Source: Candidatus Margulisiibacteriota bacterium | GTDB taxonomy: Bacteria > Margulisbacteria > Marinamargulisbacteria > JBFWNS01 | Direction of reading: 5' to 3' | DNA length: 64,000 nucleotides | Assembly (NCBI GenBank): GCA_050250935.1 | Contig: JBFWNS010000009.1 | Coordinates: forward strand, 1-64,000 | The notes under the pieces: model-generated | Databases searched by the model: none | What the model was told of the DNA's origin: nothing | What the model saw: the letters and a program-made list of their open reading frames with translations, nothing else | Part shown: one piece after another, positions 39,801 to 51,800 of the stretch | Layout of the letters: every line of letters starts with the position of its first letter | Position numbering within the stretch: the first letter of the stretch is position 1 | Position numbers and translations under genes: made by a program

Positions 39801-42800
39801 AACCTCTCTGTTTCTAAATCCACACCCGTAACCCTGAATTGGGATGGTAAAAACACCATCGGAACACCCGTTCGAGATGGTGAGTATTTGTTAATTCTTT
39901 CTTTTACCGATTCCGCAGGACATAGCTGTACCCTCTCCAAAGCCATTGATGCGGATTCCACCGCACCGGCTATTTCTGACTTTTCACTCTCACACGCCGT
40001 ATTGGGCTACCCATCTGGCAATATGGCACTTGTGTTTCGCAGTTCGGATGCCGCATCCGTTACCCTTAATATTTATGATGCTGCAAATACCACTATTGGC
40101 AGTTTTTCGAATCCAGATATCACCGCTGGCATGCAAAGTTTGTCTTGGAATGGAAAATTAAATGGAACGAACTTGCCCGTTGGTAGCTATGCCATTGAAG
40201 TTGTTCTTTCCGATAAATATGGCAATAACACCGCTCAAAAACTTCCCTTTCAAGTTCTCAACACCGTTCCAATCCAGGTTAATTTCGAGTCCAAATATGG
40301 CCTTTTCACCCCCGATGGCGATGCCATCAACGAAACCCTCCAAGGCAAAGTAAAAGTTCAAGGAACAGGGACTAAATCAGTCAAAATTGCGATTCAAAAC
40401 GCTGCTGGAACGGTTTTAAAAGAGCTCTACAAATCCGATTCGGTTGCCGATGGCACCTTGTCCTATGAATGGGATGGCCTCGACGCCAGATCTGTTAAAC
40501 AAATCGATGGAAAATACGTCCTTCAAGTTCAAGTTACCGATGCACTTGGAAACACCAGCGCAGCTTCGTTGCCGATCTATCTACTGACGCAAAAAATCAC
40601 CTTGAACTATCAAGATAACGGCAGCATTTTTTCTTTTAACAACGATGGCAAACAAGATCAACTGAACTACCAATATTCGCTTATTTATCCATCCCTGCTT
40701 TATGACATCGACGGATACAACCGAAAAAGTAACCTCAAAATTCAAGTTCTTCAAAATGGCGCACTGGTCTCCGAACAATTCAACAACCAAGTTACTGATC
40801 GAGGGGATGGGAGTCTGAGTGGCCAAGGAATTTCCGAAGGACCCTTTTTATTAACCCTTTCCGGTGAAGGGCCGGATCGTATCCAAATTCAGACAGTAAG
40901 CAACAACTACACCAACGATATCACCCCACCAACGGTGTTATCCAAACCCTACATTACGGAAGCAGATGGCAACACAGATAGCGCCCTTTTCACGGTCAAA
41001 ACAAATGCTCACAACGGCTATATTCACAGCCGAAACGCCTCGATTTTGGTGGCCGTTTCCGGAGCAAAAACGGTTGATTTATTCAATAACAACGGCATTT
41101 TACTTAGTTCTGTTTCTGTACCAAGTAACAACACCCAGGCTCTAGATTCTTGGATCAAAACACAATCGGCAACGCCAACGGACTCTAAGGCTGTTTTACT
41201 AACCGCTCCCTGTTCGGATGGCGCCAATACCTTCTGGATTCGCGCTTGGGATGCGGCTGGCAATCAATCCGTCTCCACCAGCATCCAAATTATTTCAGAT
41301 ATCAATCCACCTCAACTTTCAAGTGCGACATCTGTGGTGGATTCCTTACTGTCTTCTGAAGCTGCTCCTTTAAACCGACTGAAAGCTGGGACCTATCAAA
41401 TTCGACTGGCCTTTAATGAAACCATTGATACAGCCTCTGCTTTAACGGTGAGTTTGGTTGATGACCAAGCCCATGAGATTCCGGTTATCTTGGATTCTGC
41501 CTCAGATTCTGCTTGGATTGGGCATTACACCATTACAGACGGCAGTGCCAACGGAAGTTACGCCTTACACATCACATCTCTGACCGACTACGCCGGCAAT
41601 CAGCTCGACGTGGTGAGCTCGAATTTTGTTGTTATTGATACAATTCCCCCAGCACAACCAAAACTCATTTCAGAGAGCAGACTTTCCAACACATCAACCT
41701 ACAGCAATTCCCTATCCACCGAAGTGGGTGCCACCGTCAATATTGTCGTCGATGGCCAAACCCGAATCTCTGCGGTTGCCACACAAAACAGCTTTTCATT
41801 TACCTTGACCGCCTTAACTGAAGGCACTCACACCTTAACCGTGACGCAATCCGACCCTGCTGGTAATACATCCACACCCCTTTCTCAAACCATCGAAATC
41901 GATTTAACTGCCCCAACCCTTGTTTCTGATCAGCTTTCACAGATTCTTACCCTTAAGGCCGGAACCTATACAGGCTTTCTCACCCTTAGCGAAGCGCTAA
42001 AATCGGGCACAACACCAACCTTACAACTGGTAAGTTCAGCCAACACAATTCCCATCTCGGTAACATCGGTTTCTGGCACCACGCTTTTCACTTCGTTTAC
42101 TGTGCCGGCCAATGCTACCAACGGAACTTATCAATTGCTTGCAACACAAGTCACCGATGCTGCTGGCACTATTGCCACGCTGAATTCAACCACCGCTTAC
42201 ACCCTTGATGTTACAGCCCCGGCCACACCGACTTTGTCCCTGGCAAAGTCTTTGATTAATACAACCCTTTACACCGACACCATCTCGGTTGAACCTGGAA
42301 CCACTGTTCGTAGCTACGTTGATTCCACACTCGTAGATACCCGTACCGTTTCTGCCAACTCGTTTTCCGAAACCTTTGCCCTTTCGGAAGGGAGTCATAC
42401 CCTCAAAGTTGAAGTCCAGGACGCGGCTGGGAATATTTCGACACCCCTGACCCACAGCATCGTGGTGGATTTAACAGCGCCTACCCTGGTAAGTGATGCA
42501 TTGAGTTCGGTACCAGCCCTTAAAGCAGGAACCTATCAAGGAAGTTTTCAACTGTCTGAACCTGTTGCCAGTGCAACGGTTACTTTGCAATCCGACACCT
42601 CAAGCCTGAATGTTGCTGTTCTTTCAACCGCAAATAATCAGATCTCGGTGCAATTTACGATTCCCACTGCTATTGCCAATGGATATTATCACCCAACCCT
42701 TTTGGTGAGTGATTTTGCAGGCAATATCGCAGCGCTTACTTCCTCAAAAAACTATTTAATTGATACCACAAGGCCCAATATCCCCATCTGGCAATCCGAC

Positions 42801-45800
42801 ATTTCGCTATTAAACACAACGGCCTATGCCAACACCTTGTCTGTAGAACCTGGCACTTTGGTTAAGGTTTTGGTTGATGGAACCGAGGCCTTTTCAGCCA
42901 CGGCCTCCACAACACTGGTTCCCATTTCACTGACACTTGCTGAAGGAACCCATACCCTTTTATCTGCAATCCAGGATTTGGCGGGCAATATTTCGGCTCC
43001 GCTTATTTCAACGGTCAGTGTAGACCTAACCCCCATTTCGCTTGTTACCGATCAAATCAGTTCCCTTTCTACGCTTAAGGCTGACACTTATACCGGGTCT
43101 ATCATCATCAGCGAAGCCCTAAAATCCGGCACCACACCAACCTTGCAACTGGTGAGTTCAGCCAACACGATTCCCATCTCGGTAACATCGGTTTCTGGCA
43201 CCACGCTTTTTACTTCGTTTACTGTGCCGGCCAATGCTACCAATGGAACCTACAGGCTGCTTGCATCACAAGTCACCGATGCCGCTGGCAATATTGCCAC
43301 ACTGAATTCGACCACCGCTTACACCCTCGATGTCATTGCTCCAGCGACTCCCATTTTGGCTCTCGCAAAAACTTTGATTAATACAACCCTTTACTCCGAC
43401 ACAATCTCGGTTGAATCTGGAACCACCGTTCGTAGCTACGTTGATTCCACACTCGTAGATACCCGTACCGTTTCTGCCAACTCGTTTTCCGAAACCTTTA
43501 CCCTTTCGGAAGGGAGTCATATCCTCAAAATTGATGCCCAAGACGTGGCCGAAAATATCTCGATACCACTCTCCCACAGCATTACAGTGGATTTGACACC
43601 GATTTCGCTTGTAACCGATCAACTTAGTTCGCTTTCTATGCTTAAGGCTGGTACTTACACCGGGTCCATTATCCTCAGTGAAGCGCTGAAATCGGGCACC
43701 ACGCCAACCTTGCAACTGGTGAGTTCAGCCAACACGATTCCTATCTCGGTGACATCGGTTTCTGGTACCACGCTTTTCACTTCGTTTACTGTGCCGGCCA
43801 ATGCTACCAACGGGACTTATCAACTGCTTGCAACACAAGTCATCGATGCCGCTGGCAATGTTGCTACACTGAATTCAACCACAGCTTACACCCTCGATGT
43901 CATTGCGCCGGCCACACCCATTTTGTCCTTGGCAAAGTCTTTGATTAATACAACCCTTTACACCGACACAATCTCGGTTGAACCTGGAACCACCGTTCGC
44001 AGCTACGTTGATTCCACACTCGTAGATACCCGCACCGTTTCTGCCAACTCGTTTTCCGAAACCTTTGCCCTTTCGGAAGGGAGTCATACCCTCAAAATTG
44101 ATGCCCAAGACGCGGCTGGAAATATCTCGTCACCACTCTCCCACAGCATTACGGTGGACCTAACCCCCATTTCGCTTGTAACCGATCAACTTAGTTCCCT
44201 TTCTATGCTTAAGGCTGGCACTTACACCGGATCCATTATCCTCAGTGAAGCGCTGAAATCGGGCACCACGCCAACCTTGCAACTGGTGAGTTCCGCCAAC
44301 ACGATTCCCATCTCGGTGACATCGGTTTCAGGCACCACGCTTTTCACTTCGTTTACTGTGCCGGCCAATGCTACCAACGGAACTTATCAACTGCTTGCAA
44401 CACAAGTCACCGATGCTGCTGGCAATATTGCCACGCTGAATTCAAGCACGGCTTACACCCTCGATGTCGTGGCCCCCATAGCCCCTCAACTGGTTCAAGC
44501 AACCTTGATTACCAATCAAACCCAGTACAGAGATACCGTGGTCGCTGAACCGGGAACCCAAATTTGGATCTATGACAACGATGTTAAACTGACAGAATTC
44601 ACTCAAACTTCCGAGCAAACAAGCTTGAACATCCTCTTGAAACCCGGCACCCATACCCTTGGACTGGAGTCTGTGGATACGGCGGGAAATCATTCGACAA
44701 GAACAGACTATTCGGTTCTGATTGATGTTACAGATATTCAGATCAGTAAAATTGAATGGTCCTCCAGCACACCGGTTAGCACCAACAGCAATTTGGTTAC
44801 GGTTTATTTTTCAAAAGAAGTCGATGCCACCCAAACACCAACATTGACATTCCTTACCGCATCGGGACAAACCCGTTCCGTTACCTTGAGTACCTATTCC
44901 GGCACAACAGCTCAAGGCACTGTCACGTTCCAGACAGGCGATGATGGGCAATCCACATTCCAAGTCTCCGGTGTTTACGATTTGGCTGGGAATCGACTTG
45001 CTGATTTTTCTGAAGATGCATTCTTCGTCGATACAACGGCACCGTCTGCTCCAACCTTTGTTTCTGCCAATGCCTTGGTGAACAACGCGGCCTACACCTT
45101 CCAAGTGCAAGGTGAAACCGGGACAACCTTGTTCATTCAAGACAACGGCTCTGTGGTTCAAACCGTTACCTTAAACGTCTCGCCTAAATCCCTTTCCCTG
45201 TCGCTTTCTGAAGGCAGCCACACGCTGACGGCTCAACTTAAAGACAGTGCTGGAAATGACTCTTCCATTACCTCTCAAACGGTTTTGGTGGATTTGACCA
45301 AACCCACCCTCACCCAATTCACCATGGCAACCCCTTCGCCTGTCAGTGCCAACACCTATGCACTTGCCCTTGCTTTCAGCGAGCCTGTGGATTCGGCTAA
45401 AACGCCGGTGGTTTCGGTACTTACCCAATCGGGTCAAACCCGTTCCGTTACCCTGAGTACCTATTCCGGCACAACAGCTCAAGGCACCGTTACCTTCCAA
45501 GCTGGCGATGATGGCCAATCCACACTCCAAGTTTCGGGGGTTTATGATGTGGCAGGAAATCAACTCGCTGATTTTTCTGAAAATGCATTCTTCGTCGATA
45601 CAACGGCACCGTCTGCTCCAACCTTTGTTTCTGCCAATGCCTTGGTGAACAACGCGGCCTTCACCTTCCAAGTGCAAGGCGAAACTGGGACAACCCTGTT
45701 CATTCAAGACAACGGCACTGTGGTTCAAACCGTTACATTAAACGCGTCGCCTAAATCCCTTTCTCTATCGCTTTCTGAAGGTAGCCACACGCTAACGGCT

Positions 45801-48800
45801 CAACTTAAAGACAGTGCTGGGAATATCTCTTCCATTACCTCTCAAGCGGTTTTGGTGGATTTGACCAAACCCACCCTCACCCAATTCACCATGGCAACCC
45901 CTTCGCCTGTAAGTGCCAACACCTATGCACTTGCCCTTGCTTTCAGCGAGCCTGTGGATTCGGCTAAAACGCCGGTGGTTTCGGTGCTTACCCAATCGGG
46001 ACAAACACGGACAGTTACACTAAGCCAGTATTCCGGCACATCTGCCCAAGGCACCGTTACCTTCCAAGCGGGCGATGATGGTCAATCCACACTCCAAGTC
46101 TCTGGCGTTTATGATGTGGCAGGGAATCAACTCGCTGATTTTTCTGAAAATGCATTCTTCGTCGATACAACTGCACCTTCTGGCCCTACTTTTGTTTCTG
46201 CCAATGCCTTGGTGAACAACGCGGCCTTCACCTTCCAAATTAAGGGCGAAACAGGGACAACCCTGTTCATTCAAGACAACGGCACTGTGGTTCAAACCGT
46301 TACCTTAAACGTCTCGCCTAAATCCCTTTCTCTATCGCTTTCTGAAGGTAGCCACACGCTAACGGCTCAACTTAAAGACAGTGCTGGGAATATCTCTTCC
46401 ATTACCTCTCAAGCGGTTTTGGTGGATTTGACCAAACCCACCCTCTCCCAGTTCAGCATGGCAACCCCTTCGCCTGTAAGTGCCAACACCTATGCACTTG
46501 CCCTTGCTTTCAGCGAGCCTGTGGATCCGGCCAAAACGCCGGTAGTTTCAGTGCTTACCCAATCGGGGCAAACCCGAACGGTTTCGTTGAATTCCTATTC
46601 CGGCACCTCTGCCCAAGGCACCGTTACCTTCCAAGCGGGCGATGATGGTCAATCCACACTCCAAGTCTCTGGCGTTTATGATTTGGCTGGCAACAGCATT
46701 AGCCCCTACCAAGCATCTGCTTTTCTTGTGGATACAACGGCTCCTACCTCTCCCACCTTTGTGTCGCCCCTTTCATTGACCAATTCCAGCACTTACACCC
46801 TGCAAGTTCAGGGCGAAACAGGGACAACCCTGGTTATTCAAGACAACGGCTCTGTGGTTCAAACCGTTACCTTAAATATCTCGCCTAAATCCCTTTCCTT
46901 GTCGCTTTCTGAAGGCAGCCACACGCTGACGGCTCAACTTAAAGACAGTGCTGGGAATGTCTCTTCCATTAGCTCTCAAGCGGTTTTGGTGGATTTGACC
47001 AAACCCACCCTCTCCCAATTCACCATGGCAGCGCCATCGCCCGTAAGCGCCAACACCTATGCCATTGCCCTTACTTTCAGCGAGCCTGTGGATTCGGCCA
47101 AAACACCGGTTGTTTCGGTACTTACCCAATCGGGGCAAACCCGAACGGTTTCGTTAAGTTCTTATTCCGGCACCTCTGCCCAAGGTACCGTCACTTTCCA
47201 AGCGGGCGATGATGGGCAATCCACACTCCAAGTTTCGGGGGTTTATGATTTGGCTGGCAACAGCATTAGCCCCTACCAAGCCACTGCTTTTCTTGTGGAC
47301 ACAACGGCCCCTACTGGCCCCACCTTTGTGTCGCCCCTTTCATTGACCAATTCCAGCACTTACACCCTGCAAGTTCAGGGCGAAATAGGCACAACCCTGT
47401 TCATTAAAGACAACGGCTCTGTGGTTCAAACCGTTACCTTAAACGTCTCGCCGAAATCCCTTTCTCTGTCGCTTGCAGAAGGAAGCCACACGCTGACGGC
47501 TCAGCTTAAAGACAGTGCTGGGAATGTCTCTTCCATTTCCTCTCAAACCGTTTTGGTGGATTTAACCAAGCCCACTCTTTCTACCGAAACACCAACTGGA
47601 ACGTTGAATTGGAAAGCTGGTACTTATCTTATTGCTTTAACTTTTTCCGAAAATTTGGATTCAAACCACCCCCTACAAGTGAGCTTAAAATCCAAAACCA
47701 GCGCGGCGTCTATCGCCGTGAATACCCTGTCTCAATCTGGAACCAGTTTCCAAGGACAGGTGTTTATTCCGTCGAATGCCGCCAACGAAACCTACCAACT
47801 GACCATTCAAAATGCCACCGACCTTGCCGGAAACACCGCCACCATTACCGGAAACAGCAGTTACCAAATCGATACAGTCATCCCAGTTCTAACCTTCACC
47901 ACCGCCACCACCCCGCTTCGTTTGACCAGTACACAATACAGCAACAGCATCACCCTATCCGAACCCAATTTGCACCTGTACCAATCGGTTGATGGCACCA
48001 TCCAAGACCGTGGAACCCTTACCGGCACCACGACTGTTTCCCTGACACTTTCTGAAGGGACCCACAACCTTGCTGTTTGGGCCAACGATGCTGCTGGGAA
48101 TACGGCGGTTACCCGCTCTCAAACCGTTGTCGTGGACCTAACCCCACCCGCACTTCAAACCCTGACATTGGGCAGCGGCCCCTTGGTCAAAGCCGGAACT
48201 TATGGCCTGACCCTGATCTTTTCAGAGCCTTTGGACAATGGCTTGGCCGTCAAAATCAAAACGGCTGCCGGTACATTCAGAACCGTATCTCTTAGCAGTA
48301 GTGATCAAAAAACCTATGCCGGCCAAGTGACTTTATTGGCTGGAGACGATGGCCAATCAACCGTGGAGCTTCAAACGGCCAAAGACCTGGCTGGCAATGC
48401 CCTTTCTGGTACTAGCAGTCTATCTGGGTTTTTAATTGATACAACCCCCCCGGCCATCAGCAGTACCTCGCTTGCTTTTAACACCCCGGTATCGGCGAAT
48501 GGGCATCGATCTTTGGGAATTAACGTCGCTTTCTCAGAACCTGTTTCGGCCAATTACGCGCTCATTTTACCGGATCAATCCGAACTAAGTGGCAGTTATC
48601 AAAGCAGCAGCGACCGAAGCGGGACACTCACCTTTGATGTTCCCAAAAATATCGACGGTCAAAGCAAATTGGCTATTAGAAGTTGGCACGATGCCGCCGG
48701 AAACATCAGCGCAGACGCCCAATCCTTCACGGTTACCTTGGATTCAAAACCAGCTGAAATGACGCTTGATAGCGTTGTTGCCAGCACCAACCGAGGCACG

Positions 48801-51800
48801 GATTCAGCCCTTCAAGTCATCCTTTCATTTTCTGAACCCATTCAAAACTCAGTGGTTCAACTTGGCCTTCAGTATGCAAACGGCAACACGTTACAACCCA
48901 ATGCGCTCACGTATAACAGTGCCAATAAAACCCTCACAGCCTCTTTTTTAATTAAAGCAGTTGAAGAAACCCTCAAATTGTCTGTTTCTAATCTGCTGGA
49001 CAGTGCTGGCAACAAAACAACAGACAGCCTCATCAGCTTGGGAAAAATTGATAATACACCGCCTGTCATCAGCAACTTTGGAGCCAACACGTCTTCTTTT
49101 TCTGCTATTCGAACGCAAGGCGATGCCGCCATTGTGATTACCATGAACATCACCGAAGACTATCAACGTCTGCTCGTTCAAATTTATGATGGTTCCGGAA
49201 CCTTGAAAAAAACGCTTTGGGATAAAAACGGCAGCGGCGGTCTGGTGACCCTTGATAATTGGAATGGCCAAAATGAATCTGGCCAAGCCCTTTCAAAAGG
49301 CTGGTACATCATGAAAGCCTATGCCATTGATACGGCCGGTAATAGTGGGGATACCGTTCAAGGGCTTTTTGAAATTACAGAACAACATTTAACCCTGTCC
49401 AATCCACAAACCTTGGTAACCCCTTATTCTTTTAAAGCCAGCGGAACACGAGCCTTCACCTACACCCTCAGCCAACGCATTGATTCCCCAGATGTTGCTC
49501 AAAAGCCCGGCAACATTCGCATGATGTCGGTTCCTGTGTATGTGGCCAAAGTAACCGAACAGATTTACCGTAAAAACAGTTCTGGCCCCGATACTTTGAT
49601 TGCCACATTGGTGACTGATCAGCCTACAACTGAGTTTGCAAACGGAGCTTTGGGCACTTGGAATGGGCGTTTGAATAACGATTCGGCCCAAGCCTTTGTC
49701 CAATCCGGGGATTATTACCAATGGGTTAGTGTTAAATCGATGAAAGATTTGGCAGAAGGTACAATCAGTATTCCATTTAAGGTGGATCACGATGCCCCGA
49801 TTCTTTCTGGGATTGTATCGCCAACCACTTCAATTAGTACCCGAAGCGGCGCGATTACAACCTTCAACATCAGCTTTGGTTTATCGGATGCCATCAGTAC
49901 CCGAAACATGGTTTATCAACTCAGCCAATCCACCGTCGGACTTTCCTCTCAATTTACACAAACGGCTGGTCAAACCCAAGCAAGTTTTACGGTCAACGCT
50001 GTAGGCTGGGCCCTGGGGGATGGCAATCAACCCTTCACCCTTTCATTAACAGACGAGGCCCAAAACATTAGTACGGCAACCGTCCTTGTAAAATTTGATA
50101 GCACTGTGCCCAGCTTTAATTTCACCATTCCAGCTTATGCTTCGGGGAACGTCACCGTGAACTTGGGTACAATTAGCGATGGATCACCCACCACTGTTCT
50201 GTACAAACTGGGTTTAAATGGCAGCTACCAAAGCACCTCCGTTTTAAATAGTAGCGGGTTAAATAAAACCGAATCGGTCTACGTTAAAGTCACAGACCAA
50301 GCCGGTAACAGCACCGAACTCAGCCGCAGTCTAATTTTAGACAACAGCATCCAAGCCCCTACCTTTACAACCCTGCCCGCAAGTTACAGCAACAACACCG
50401 GTATTACCTTAAACGTCTCCCATTCCGAAGCCAACCCCGACCATTTTCGGATTCAAAACGACGGAACAGCAGACACCACCTACACCAGCGTTTCGGTCAA
50501 CGGGACCGTTGCTTGGACGCTTCCCAATACCGAAGGCAGTCATACCATCGGGATGCGGTTGGTGGACAAAGCAGGAAATATCAGCAGCCTTGCCAGCCAA
50601 ACGATTGTTTTGGACAAAACACCACCAAGCACCAGTTCACTCCTCAGCAGTCAGCAGGTGATCAATCCCCTCAATTCAACCTTAACCGTCACCATCAACG
50701 CAACAGACTCTGGCTCTGGCATTGCCAGCTATCGGTTGGATATCAAGCGAAATCCGTCCGATAGCACTGCTCTGATTTCCCGCAGTGGGTCATCGTCCGT
50801 GTTTAATTTGGGCAGCAGCGATCTCCCAACCGATTCCGATGCCAGTTTTGTCATTGTGGGTTATGCGATAGATCGGGCCGGCAATGTATCGTCAGGAAAT
50901 GTAAGCCTCCCACTGATCACTAGAAAAGTACTCCCAACCTTTACAGCCGTGAATGCGTCGGGTTGGCAAAATACCACGTCTGGGGCACAGCTTTCGGTTA
51001 CGGCCACCAGCCTTTATGTGGACCACCTGGACTACAAGGTGTATACGGCAGGTGATGCGCTGGTTGCTCAAGGCACTTCCAGCGGAAACGGAGCAAGCTA
51101 CCCCGTTTTTTCACTTGCATACGCAACCCTTTTGTCTAACCAAAATTCAGGCGTTTATTCTTGCGATGTTCGCCTCGTCGATCAAGCAGGAAACAGTTCG
51201 GCTTGGACCCGATACACCTTTTATTTTGACAAAACCATCCCGGTGATTACCGGAGCCAGTGTTCAACAATATAGCAACGCCAACCAAATTGGGCCCGTCA
51301 TTTCGATTTCGGCAACGGACAGCGATAGCGGCATTGCCAGCTATCAATTCCAAATCGATTCTGGCGCGTGGCTTCTGTTTGGAAACAGCACCCAAGCCAA
51401 TGTTCAAACCATTGCCGAAGGGTCTCATTCTCTTAAAATTCGGGTTTTGGATGCGGCAGGCAACGCCTCGGCCATCAACACCTATTCCCTGACCATCGAC
51501 CGTACCTTGCCCGTCATTACAGCACTTGGCAACAGTAAAGCCATGTTCCATCTCAATAACGAATGGTTATCCCTCTCGCCAACCGTCACTGAAACCGGTA
51601 GTGGCATTCTGGGCTACAACACCACTATCCGAAAAAATGCTGACAATTCATTGGTTAAGTCCGATAGCCGCAGCACCCTTCCCATTACCTTTTCAGGCAA
51701 CGACATCCAGCTCGATGGCGCCTACACCCTTTCGCTGACGGTGGTGGATATGGCCGGGAATACCAGCAGCCCCAACACCCTGGTCTTTACAAACGACAAT

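Noticed and set aside
42186..47138. Recurring minus-strand ORFs inside the giant gene
   Set aside because: Shadows reproduced by the 567-bp coding repeats
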